Part shown: piece after piece, positions 53,140 through 64,000 of the stretch
How positions within the stretch are numbered: position 1 is the first letter of the stretch
Layout: each line of letters begins with the position of its first letter
Source of the DNA: Octopus sinensis
Lineage: Eukaryota
NCBI RefSeq assembly: GCF_006345805.1
Contig: NC_043005.1
Location: forward strand, 29,388,001 to 29,452,000
Direction: 5' to 3'
Length of the DNA stretch: 64,000 bases
The notes under the pieces: generated by a model
What the model was told of the DNA's origin: nothing
Database searches by the model: none
What the model saw: only the letters and a program-made list of their open reading frames with translations
Made by a program: the position numbers and the translations under genes

Positions 53140-53800
53140 CAGAGGATGCAGTGAACGACGTTGCTAGAGGTGCAAGTGAATGAATCTGTGATGTGGTAGG
53201 GGCAGTGGTGGGTGCTGGTGAGTGTAATGGTGTTGGAAGGGTAGGGACAGGTGCGGCAACGTGAGCGAGAGTACAGGAAGGAGTCAGGTTCGGTGCCAGG
53301 AGAGGAGAGGTGAGTGATAACCAAAACATCGAGAAATAAATAGAGGCGTCGGAGACAAAACAGGAGAATTCAAAATCAGGCTGGAAAGACTGGATGAAAG
53401 AGAGGAAGGAGTCGAGTTGTTTGCAGGAAGGTCAGGTCGCGCCGTTAGTGTAACGACCATATAGCTCACGAATGGAACCGATGAACTGAGTGAATAGCTG
53501 GGCCTCAACAAGGCCAACGAATATGGACACTCCCGAGACTTGATGGTCTCTCGTTCCCATGACTATTCCCCGAGACTTGATGGTAAAATTCACCCACGAA
53601 CGAGAACCAATTTATAGAGAGGACAAGAGGCATTTAGAGAGAAGTTCAGAGGGGCGACCAGGGTTGTTGGGTTTGTGGATTTTTAGGGAAATATATGAAA
53701 GGGTGCGTGGGCTACGGACAATGAGGTTGGAGGCGGTTTAATGATGATGGCTTGATAGCATTGGAGGCATCAAAGGGTTGAGAGTTCGGCTCGGGAGACA
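52800..53800 (-). mobile_element. PLE of the same family as 3585-5930, internally deleted
   Basis: KIHKPNNPGRP, SRSRCRTCPY..YHITDSFTCTSSNVVHC, HLRDIR, RREQKFIFSL. Confidence 0.88.
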
Positions 53801-54081
53801 TTGAAATGCTGGGGACGCCCCCCCCCCCCGACACGCGCGCACGCGCACTCACAAACACACAGTAGGTTCATTTCTACAGTACTCGACTTCTCATTACCAC
53901 AGTAAGCCTACTCCTACCATACAGCCTCCCCCTCTCCGCCTAAAGGAACGTTGCTATTCAAAGAAAAAGAAAACAGGAAGGAAAGATGAAAGAAGAAATC
54001 GGAAGGAAAAGTATAAATTGTAAAGAAATAATTTCTTTATTTGCTATTTTGCTATAAGGCATATGTATGTGTGTATGCTTA

Positions 54082-54129
<48 letters not shown>

Positions 54130-54133
<4 letters not shown>

Positions 54134-55747
54134 TAAAAAATGGAGTTAACGCAGGTGTAAACAAATATTTTTACTTTCGACACATGTTTCGAAAATTCCA
54201 CTGATACTATTCAAAAGAATAAATGGTATAAACAATGCAATCTTCTCTTCGGGAAAGTGAAAAAAAACGAAACTCGTCAATACGACATTTTAGCAAAAAA
54301 TGATGGATTTGTATAGCGATTGACAGAACGCTATTAATATTGTTTAAAAAAACGTTATATGATATAACGTCATAAGTAGCTAACAGAAAGAGTAGGGATA
54401 TTAATAGTGAATGTTAAATATAAAGGAAATTAAAGTTTAAATTATATATAATGATAGAGACTACTTATATGCACTAAATGTATGTTTTTGCCAATGCTTA
54501 CATCTGTATGCTCGCTCTATAACCGTGTTTACTAGAGTATTTTTAGAAAAAATAATGAAAAATAGCTCAGAATTGCAGAGAAGACAGAATTTCTTGCCTT
54601 TGTCATATGGTATCGAAACTGAGAGGATCAATCATTCTAAATGAAATTGTTCATTGTGGTCTTTTAAATCCCAAATCAGTTTTCTGAGACCGGTACTATT
54701 CCGTTTATTTATATCCCTAAATGTTGAGTAAAGGATAGAAATTCTTTTAGATAACTCTAACGATGTGCTTCCAATGTAAAATCGTACTTTATTACGAGTA
54801 CTGATTATACACTGGTATATAGAATTTTTAACCTTAGAGTTACTTGACATAAACTTAATTCTATTGGAATTGACTTCAGATACAATAACCTTGTTATTAA
54901 TATTTGATGGTATTAGCTAAATTAATGTTAGTATTAGTAAATGTATTAATATTTAACAGTTTGTTATTATGAGAAGATATAATTTGCAGAGATTTTTTGT
55001 GTTTGAAAAACCTATCCTAACCTTATGTGAATTAATTATAGAGTAATATCTAGAATTGTTTAGAAAATTCCTAGCAATAGCTTGACGAAACAGCAGTGGG
55101 AGATTAGATTTAATTTGTCTCCCGTAAGGGATTATTAACCAAATATTTTTACTAGTATTCATAGCGTAATTACTTTTGAAGGTGTTATATTTACTTTTAG
55201 ATCTATAATAGGGGATTAAATAAGGGTTATCTGCCTTCATTCGCTTTGTATCGGTGCGTAAGTTATGTTTGTTATCAATAATTCTTTTACGACTAGAAAT
55301 CTTATCTACATTATTGAATTTACAATTAGACTGAGCAGAATCAATGTAGAAAATTTTTTCTGTATAACCTGCTTTGATTAAGGCAGAGTTATAGAATTCA
55401 GCGTTATTATTGAAAATATCAACATTAGCAGATAATTTTGATAATCTAAATGAAATATTCTTAACTAAATTCTTAGTAATTGCTCCAGGATGATTACTAA
55501 ATTTGCTAATGTACTTAAGATTGGTCAACGGTTTATGATATGGGAAGTAAGAGTCACTGTGTAAATTAAGCGTAATATCTAAAAAGTTGGCCTTCGTCAG
55601 ATCGTCATCAAAAACGATTTTTTAAGCCCATTCTACTGAAAAAATTAACTAAGCTATTCTTAACTTTTTGTACCTTTTGGTTGGAAACATTTTGGAGGTA
55701 AAGTAAACAATCATCACGATATAGACCATTTCTTCTCGGGTTATATA

Positions 55748-55750
<3 letters not shown>
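54130..55750 (-). mobile_element. AT-rich PLE (different family), RT end + GIY-YIG + 3' terminal region
   Basis: GLYRDD, YISKFSNHP, ALIKAGY, SIYQCII..FYIGST..STGLRKLIWDLK; HHR in the 3' region. Confidence 0.88.
54174..54257 (-). ncRNA. Type I hammerhead motif, core CCGAAGA, long loop II
   Basis: CUUUC-CCGAAGA-GAAGAUU(41 nt)AAUUUUC-GAA-ACAUGUGU-C/GAAAG; GUC triplet. Confidence 0.7.
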
Positions 55751-55809
<59 letters not shown>

Positions 55810-56128
55810 GTCACTCCGTCGGTTACGACGACGAGGGTTCCAGTTGATCCGATCAACGGAACAGCCTGCTCGTGAAATTAACGTGCAAGTGGCTGAGCAC
55901 TCCACAGACACGTGTGTCCCTAACGTTCTTTTCAAAGAGATTCAGCGCGACACAGTGTGACAAGTCTGGGCCTTTGAAATACAGGTACTACTCATTTTTG
56001 CCAGCTGAGTGTACTGGAGTAAAGTGAAATAAATTGTCTTGCTCAAGAATACAACGCGTTGACAGGAATGAACTCACAGCCTTATGATCATCAGCCGAAT
56101 GCGCCTAACCACTAAGCCACGTACCTTC
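55810..56128 (-). mobile_element. SINE with a different tRNA head but the family C tail
   Basis: Head GAAGGTACGTGGCTTAGTGGTTAGG; 3' ~170 nt matches 46775-46955. Confidence 0.8.
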
Positions 56129-56197
56129 ATTTACATAAATTATACAACAGTAAACTCAGACGCATAAACATATGACTTGTTAACAATAACACTCTGG

Positions 56198-56249
<52 letters not shown>

Positions 56250-56375
56250 ACACACAGACACACACACAGACACACACACAGACACACACCCATACATACA
56301 CACACACACACATACATACACACACACATACACGCACACACACATGCACATTAAATATTCGGGGGTCAGTATACT

Positions 56376-56485
56376 CCAGGTACAAGGCTCGAAATTTTGG
56401 GGGAAGAGGCCAGTCGATTAGATCGACCCCAGTGCGTAACTGGTACTCAATTTATCGACCCGGAAAGGATGAAAGGCAACGCCAA
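56376..56485 (-). mobile_element. SINE family B 3' fragment
   Basis: TACAAGGC..AAATTTTGGGG..ACTGGTACT..TTATCGACCC.GAAAGGATGAAAGGCAA, as at 61050-61150. Confidence 0.8.
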
Positions 56486-56613
56486 GTTATACATGAAGCC
56501 ACTCACACTCACACATGCATGTACACGCACATACGTATTAAAAGCATACATATATGCATATACATACATACATAGATACATACATGCATACATATATACA
56601 TACACACACACAC

Positions 56614-56649
<36 letters not shown>

Positions 56650-56653
<4 letters not shown>

Positions 56654-56819
56654 AAAATAAGAAAACGGAGAAATACATCCAAATCAAATATCAATTACCA
56701 GATTATACCCAATCACATACTTTATTAAACCACCGGTGGTTTAATAAAGTATGTGATTGGGTATTATCTGGTAATTGATATTTGATTTGGATGTATTTCT
56801 CCATTTTCTTATTTTGTAT
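56650..56819. repeat. 170-bp spacerless palindrome
   Basis: 85-bp arms centred on ACC|GGT (56734/56735) with 2 mismatches. Confidence 0.95.
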
Positions 56820-57009
56820 TATGAATTTGTAGTAAAACATTTTACCTTTGCCCATATAATACAGTAAATGAATTAATTGCATCGCAATTCTTAACATTTA
56901 TGTATTAACTTTGTTGGGTACTTCGCTAGCAGTATATTGGATATATGTTATCCCATAGAGGGTTGCATTTACAACCCCTATCTCAATTTGTACATATATA
57001 TATATATAT

Positions 57010-57872
57010 GTTCTTGTCCCAGTTTGTGTTTTTTTAAACTTTTACATATATACATGGCGGCTACGTATCCTACCTTTTGACCCTATACGTAAGTATATTA
57101 CTCTCTAACATTGGTACGACTCTACTACACTGTCTCTTTTTCCCCCCCTCTCCTACATTTCTCTGCCTTCACCCTTTGCACTCCCCTTGTTCTGTCTCTT
57201 TCCCTCTCTTTCTTCTCCCTTGTTCCCCTTCTTTCTTTCTCTCTTCCTCCGTCCCCCCTCTCCCACATTTCTCTGCTTCTCAGACCTTATACCCCACTTG
57301 ACCTGTCCCTTTCCCTCTCTTGCTTCTCCCTTGTTCCCCTTCTTTCTCTCTTCATCTGTCCCTTTCTCCTTTTTTGTGCTCACGTGACCAGCCAGCTACT
57401 ACTGCCTTTTCGCATCAAGTAGTCTGTGTGGCAACACGTATTTGTTTGTGTCCGTTGCCTTCAGGCACTTTTTCCACAGCCAGCCCTATACTCAACTCGT
57501 CCTGTCGAAAGACGCTTGTCCTGACGTCCTGGTTTCGTTATTACTGTTTTTACGTTATTTTGTATTCTTATTCGTGCTATCGTTATTGTTTTTACGTATT
57601 TTTGAATTTTTTTTTCGAGTAACATCGTCCGTTTTTCCGTCACCGTGTTGTATACTTTCGAGGTTTTCTTCCAAGGAATCTAATGCTTTTGGCTTAGATT
57701 TCCCTTGGTGGCTGCCCAGATCGGAGCAATCTTAAGATTAATCAGCCGAAATTGCGAAGATGATCTGGTTCTTGACTGATGACTGAGAGCTTCGAAAGTC
57801 CCGTCTGTATGTTTTTTTGTCGTCTTCTAAATGTTTCACGTTCTTGTCCCAGTTTGTGTTTTTTTTAACTTT

Positions 57873-57880
<8 letters not shown>
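57010..57880 (+). repeat. Element bounded by ~40-bp direct repeats, probable PLE terminal tandem
   Basis: GTTCTTGTCCCAGTTTGTGTTTTTTT..ACTTTTACATATA at 57010 and 57840; internal ~110-bp pyrimidine-rich duplication at 57143/57254. Confidence 0.55.
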
Positions 57881-57927
<47 letters not shown>

Positions 57928-58364
57928 TATGTATTTGTTTTGAAAGATTTCAGATGTGAAATCGTGTGCTGAAAGGTCATTTGGTGGTGGTGGTGGGGAT
58001 AACGCCGCCATCACTAGTGACGACTCCAAACACCACGGTGTTGACTGGATGTTTGATTTTTATCACACTCGGTACATACACTTTCTTGAGATTGACACCC
58101 AAACGCTAAGAAATGCTGGTATTTGAGCTTCGAGCGTGAATTCCATGCAGTATAGCATGTCATTCCCAAAGTTCTGGTAGAGTGAATTGCATCATGGTGC
58201 TGTTATTTTGTTTTCTCAGAGACGGTGCCCAACTGATCCTACTATCCTGTATAGTCGACAAAATCAAAAACAAACAATGCACATTCGCGAAATTAAGAAT
58301 ATAAAATGGCGACAATTTACCCATCGCACCGTGTGTGTGTCTCTGTGTGTGTATGTGTATTCTT

Positions 58365-58695
58365 TTATTCTTTTACTCTTTGACTTGTTTCAGTCATTTA
58401 ACTGCGGCCATGCTGGAGCATCGCCTTTGGTCGAGCAAATGAACCCCAGCACTTATTCTTTGTAAGCTTAATCCTTATTCTATCGGTGTATTTAGCCGAA
58501 CTGCTAGATTACGGGGACGTAAACACACCAGCATCGGTTGTCACGCCATGTTGGGGGCAGACAAACACACACACACAAACATATATATATATCTATACGA
58601 TGGGCTTCTTTCAGTTTCCGTCTACCAAATCCATTCACAAGAGTTTGTTTGGCCTGTGACTATAGTTGAAGACACCTGCCCAAGGTGCCACGTAC
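58365..58695 (-). mobile_element. SINE family A
   Basis: Reverse complement from GTGGCACCTTGGGCAGG to the ...GACTGAAACAAG tail. Confidence 0.85.
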
Positions 58696-58837
58696 ATAAT
58701 TGTAAATAATATGTAACTTCGTAATAATCGTTATTATTATCATTGTTGATATATATATTAATAGATAATAATAATAATAATATGACAGCAAAAGAATGAA
58801 TGAGACCTCGATATTATGTAAAATAGAGGAATTTATC

Positions 58838-59025
58838 TATATGTGACAATTAGTTGGTTGTCATGATAAAACTCAGAGTTTCGGATATCGGGGCTGAAGT
58901 CTACTCCGGTATCTCAACACTTATTAAGACAAAACGTTATGCTTTTGTTTTGCAAGATAGCGTATTGTTTTAATAACTGATGAGATGCGGAGCAGACTTC
59001 ACCCCCGGTATCCAACTAATTGTCA
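58838..59025. repeat. Divergent inverted pair of an HHR-bearing terminus
   Basis: Minus HHR-like motif at 58864-58926; plus copy at 58971-59025 with CUGAUGA but lacking GAAAC/helix III. Confidence 0.65.
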
Positions 59026-59027
59026 TA

Positions 59028-59075
<48 letters not shown>

Positions 59076-59994
59076 AGGGAGAGGCGTCGAGTAGCAAAAA
59101 GATAATCGACCTCAGTTCTGGACAGGTGTTTTATTTATTAACCATTGCAACTGAAAACCAGAATATAAAAACGGAGACGACCTCCATCGGACTTGAACAT
59201 AGACCAAGAGTTAAAGAAGAAACTGTGTAGCGTACATTAATCGATGCACAAGCAACTTTGCCAATTCACAACAGCACCAGAAACCTCACATAATTATAAT
59301 AAAAATATAACCAAAAAAACGTTATAATTTTCGGTTAATTATTGTTAATTAAAGGTTAAATAATGAATGAGATGGGAGAACACCGGGGGTGTTATTGGCA
59401 TGTGGTAATCTATCAACTATTCTGTAATTAATGGATCACAACAGAGTACAGCTGCGTACCAGAGGTGTGTGGGTTCAATACTGATCATGGGAATACAACA
59501 AATAGTGGAACATCATTGGAATACAACAGATAGTGGTACGCAGGCAACAGCTGCGTACCATACGTTTGTGGTTTCGATACTAACCAAGGGATACCACTGC
59601 AGTTCCAGCAATTGCCACTAAAACAACGCAAATAACCTCTACCACAACTACAATAAAAGCTGCTACTAGTGTTGCTGCTACTACTGCTACTACTATTGCT
59701 GCCGCTGTTGCTACTGTTGCCGTACTAACATTGCTGTGCTACTAATGCAGTCATTGCTACAGAGAGAAGTGGTATGGGTTAAAACGTGTGTGCGTGTGTG
59801 CGTGTGTGTGTGTGAGTGAGTGAGTACTGGCATAGTTAGCCTAACCAGAAACACATGGTGTAATAATAAATACGGGTGGTGGTCGGTGTTGGCATGAGAT
59901 CGCCAGGTCAAGGACTCCATGTAATGTATACAGTAAATACGGGTGTGTCGGTAGTGGCAGGGTGGCGAAGTCAGTAATTAATGATAATAGTTGC

Positions 59995-60193
59995 TTAAAA
60001 TTTCGGAGAAAAGCCAGTGGTTTTAGCGGTGTGGACAGGTCGATTACATCAACCCCAGTGTTTCACTGGTACTTAATTTGTTGACCCCGAAAGGATGAAG
60101 GGCAAAGTTGACCGTGGCGGAATTTGAACTCAGTACTTAGAGACGGACGAAAAGCCATTAAGCATTTTGCCCGGCGTATTAACGATTCTGCCA
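59995..60193 (-). mobile_element. tRNA-derived SINE, family B
   Basis: Matches 61040-61249; GAGTTCAAATTCC B-box-like motif on the minus strand. Confidence 0.8.
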
Positions 60194-60199
60194 AGCAGC

Positions 60200-60406
60200 A
60201 TGTGCTACTCGACCCGAAGAAAATTCTAACTGGGCCCCACCTGCTAGGTCATGCACTGTTTATCTTGATATGAGTTCACCATATCGCGCACATATCGTTG
60301 TGATGCATGTGCCTGGTGTACCCTCATGACGGGTACTCATGATGGGTATACTGGGCTGCGTATATTTCACCCCACTGTCACTTTGATGGCATGCGCTGCT
60401 CTCTCA
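60200..60406 (+). repeat. 3' part of a ~560-bp (AAT)n-tailed repeat
   Basis: Matches 60812-61015; followed by (AAT)n. Confidence 0.85.
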
Positions 60407-60415
60407 ATAATAATA

Positions 60416-60463
<48 letters not shown>

Positions 60464-60465
<2 letters not shown>

Positions 60466-61020
60466 GCCCTGATGCAGTACCAGGCAGTGGCTCTCATGGC
60501 TTCTGATCTTAACTGATTGGAAGTGTTATCATGTACATTGTTTTGTCTTGGTATAAAAGATGGTCTACAGCAAATATTCTGCTCAATACCACAGATTTGC
60601 TTGTCAGTTGTTTGACCTTAACCAGTTGAGCATGTCCCTTAGTGGCTGACGATATGTGCATCTCTGATCACGAGCAGAAGTAGTGGGGGAGCATCATAGC
60701 CATGTGTTGAGAGGGATTGTTTGGGGTTTGAATAATTCACCTCTGGAAACATGGGTGGTTCTTTCAACATCCTTAAACAACCCTTATTCAGGGACCTTTT
60801 GAGCGGGATGGGCTACTCAACCTGAAGAAAATTCTAACTGGACCCCACCTGCAAGGTCATGTGCTGTTTATCTTGATATGAGATCACCATGTCGCGCACA
60901 TATGGTTGTGATGCATGTGCCTGGTGTACCTTTATCAGACGGGTAGTCATGATGGGTATATTGGGCTTCGTATATTTTACCCCAGTGTCACTTTGATGGC
61001 ATGAACTGCTCTCTCACTCA
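60464..61020 (+). repeat. ~560-bp non-coding (AAT)n-flanked repeat
   Basis: High similarity to 62324-62823; (TAA)n on both sides. Confidence 0.88.
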
Positions 61021-61039
61021 ATAATAATAATAATAATCG

Positions 61040-61249
61040 TTTCTACTATAGGTACAAGGCCTGAAATTTTGGGGAAGGGACTAGTCGATTACATCCACCC
61101 CAGTACGCAACTGGTACTTACCTTATCGACCCCGAAAGGATGAAAAGCAAAGTCGACCTCGGCGGAATTTGAACTCAGAACGTAAGGACAGACAAAATGC
61201 CGCGAAGCATTTCCCCGGCGTGCTAATGATTTTGCCAGCTTGCCGCCTT
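61040..61249 (-). mobile_element. SINE family B, full length
   Basis: Head AAGGCGGCAAGCTGGCAAAATCATTAG, B-box-like GAGTTCAAATTCC, core CTTTTCATCCTTTCGGGGTCGATAA, (ATT)n tail. Confidence 0.85.
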
Positions 61250-61286
61250 AATAATAATAACAATAATGATAATAATAATAATAATC

Positions 61287-61357
<71 letters not shown>

Positions 61358-61382
61358 GTAATAATAATAATTATAATAATAA

Positions 61383-61499
61383 TGGGAACCGCTCGAATAT
61401 TCGTATGGTGCTCGAAAAATAAGGGGTGTTACCTTAGTTCACTTGGAGCGAACAGCTGGCACCGTAGTACATCTCCAGCGTTAGAATCTGTGCAAAAAC
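61383..61499 (+). mobile_element. R4/Dong-type element, extreme 3' fragment
   Basis: Matches 9058-9174 (GGAACCGCTCGAATA...GGGGTGTTACCTTAGTTCAC...CTGTGCAAA); preceded by (AAT)n. Confidence 0.85.
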
Positions 61500-61508
61500 A
61501 ATAGATAA

Positions 61509-61700
61509 CTAGAAAGGCACTCGGAGAGCGCAGACCTCTGCCAAGCAGCTCATTTCCACCCATATACACGCATGCTGAAAATCGTCCAATATCTCAAACC
61601 AACGCCGGCAAAAACATAACCTTCTTGGCGTGGTTAAAAAAAAATAACACAGCCATATGATTAAGAAAAGACCTTTAAAAACCGGAATCATCTGAAGTAG
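61509..61700 (-). mobile_element. Helitron-like 3' end (second family)
   Basis: Minus strand GCGCTC-TCC-GAGTGC hairpin (61517-61531) then CTTT-CTAG|T; inner boundary uncertain. Confidence 0.5.
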
Positions 61701-62269
61701 TTATAATACATCAATGACAACAGCAAGCTAGTTTCACCATACAACTAAAATGAAATAATTACCTAAAACTTGAGTTTGAGGATAGAAACCAGGTCTAAAC
61801 ACAATAGCTTATAGACATACTCTGAATGTAGTTCTATATAAATCTTTAACAATGTTTTTTATACTTAAGACCATCAGAAATGTTAAGATCTTATCCCCTA
61901 CCCACGTTGTCATGCTTTGATTAAAAGGTTACAGCATAGATTAGATTACTTAGATAAGTTTCAGTCGAAGTTTCTCAGGCCATGTCTAATTTAATAGCAC
62001 CACCTGGAAGACATACACAGTCAGCTCTGGGGAACCGTAGCCCATTCAAGCAGAGGGTTATTGTTTTCAGAGACATATCTGGGTATGGGTGGTTTATCTG
62101 GTATTTGTTGGAGGTAATCATCTAGGGATCGCTTGAATGCCGTGAAGTCATTTTCCTCCTTTATGTATGTCTGCCACGATATTGAAGAGAGCAGAGCCAA
62201 TTGTGGTGAAATAGTTCTGTCATAGTATTGTGATACGTCACGAACATTTCTGTCGTATTATTATTATCC

Positions 62270-62323
<54 letters not shown>

Positions 62324-62325
<2 letters not shown>

Positions 62326-62823
62326 CAGTGGCTCTCATGGATTCTGATCTTAACTGATTGGAAGTGTTATCATGTATATTGTTTCGTCTATAAAAGATGG
62401 GCTACAGCAAATATTCTGCTCAATACCACAGATTTGCTTGTCAGTTGTTTGACCTTAACCAGTTGAGCATGTCCCTTAGCGGCTTACGATATGTGCGTCT
62501 TTGATCACAAGCAGAAGTAGTGGGGGAGCATCATAGCCATGTGTTGAGAGGAATTTTTTGGTGTTTGAATAATTCACCTTTGGAAACATAGGTGTTTCGT
62601 TCAACATCCTTAAACAACCCTTATTCATGGACCTTTTGAGCGGGATGGGTTACTCGACCTGAAGAAAATTCTAACTAAGCCCTGCAAGGTTATGCGCTGT
62701 TTATCTTGATATGAGATCACAATGTCACGCACATACGGTTATGATGCACGTGCCTGATGTACCCTTATCAAACATGTAGTCATGATGGGTATACTGGGAG
62801 TCCTATATTTTACGCCAGTGTCA
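62324..62823 (+). repeat. ~500-bp copy of the (AAT)n-flanked repeat
   Basis: Colinear with 60487-60990; between (AAT)n tracts. Confidence 0.88.
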
Positions 62824-63243
<420 letters not shown>

Positions 63244-64000
63244 GCTAGGCGCATGAAAACCCGTGCCAAAACTGCGGCCTTAGATATTCTGAATAATAAA
63301 TGGCAAGAAAAACCTCTCTATGGCAAATACCCAAAGAGAGCGAATAATGCAGATATCGACAAAGCCCTGACCCATCAATGGCTAATGGCCTCTGGCTTAA
63401 AATCTGAAACAGAGGGGTTTATCATAGCAGCTCAAGATCAATGCCTACCAACAAGAAACTACCAGGCCAACATATTAAAGATCAGAAGCAGTCCAACGTG
63501 TCGTGTATGCAAGCAACAAAATGAAACCATTGACCATGTGGTCTCCAAGTGCAGTCTTCTAGCGCCTACAGAGTATCTCAACAGGCACGATAGAGCTGCA
63601 CAATATATTCACTGGGTAATCTGTAAAAACCTGGATTTGCCCCATGAAAAAAACTGGTGGGAACACAAACCACCCCCAGTGCTTGAAAATGACCACATCT
63701 CACTCCTCTGGAACTTCACCATTCAAACTGACAGGAAGATAGATGCAAATAGGCCAGACATCATATTGAAAGACTTCAAACAAAGAACATGCCTCCTCAT
63801 TGATATGACTGTCCCAATCGATATAAACGTATCTGTCAAGACCTACCAAAAACTAAGCAAATATAAAGATCTTGAAATAGAAATCAGCAAAATGTGGAAG
63901 CTGAAGACTAAAACAATACCTGTTGTCATAGGTGCCCTGGGAATGATAGCAAAAGGGGCTGATAGCTACCTAACTCAGATACCAGGAAACCCAAAAATGG
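63244..64000 (+). mobile_element. R4/Dong-type LINE, 5'-truncated, open ORF running off the window (CCHC + RLE)
   Basis: 252 stop-free codons: KPLYGKY, AAQDQCLPT, CRVCKQQNETIDHVVSKC, RHD, NRPDII, LIDMTVPID, KLSKYKDL; starts directly after (TAA)n. Confidence 0.93.

Noticed and set aside
57772-57805. Hammerhead at CTGATGA...CGAAAGTC
   Set aside because: Could not form convincing helices I and III; at best a decayed motif.

Overview
Eukaryotic, AT-rich, repeat-dominated DNA. The SINE families, microsatellite load and LINE/PLE mix look like a coleoid cephalopod (Octopus-type) genome; this is inference, not a database result. No host protein-coding gene can be called confidently, although there is one candidate exon at 7.5-7.9 kb. 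The centre is a ~15.8 kb uninterrupted array of a 27-bp unit (12969-28783) with nested higher-order duplications. Its minus strand reads as a DEYTWYxxx repeat, but it carries in-frame stops that are copied between duplicated blocks. The flanks are a mosaic of Penelope-like elements (PLEs), RTE and R4/Dong-type LINE pieces, Tc1, two mariners, a MULE with TIRs and TSD, Helitron-like ends, three tRNA-derived SINE families and microsatellites. The least obvious signal is a set of minimal type I hammerhead ribozyme (HHR) motifs from about six unrelated repeat families, all with a self-complementary helix III. These include a tRNA-Ser-headed HHR element and a ~290-nt foldback element whose HHR has a compensatory U3-A8 core pair. 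All folds were derived by eye, not computed. Repeat boundaries are approximate unless a motif is quoted.
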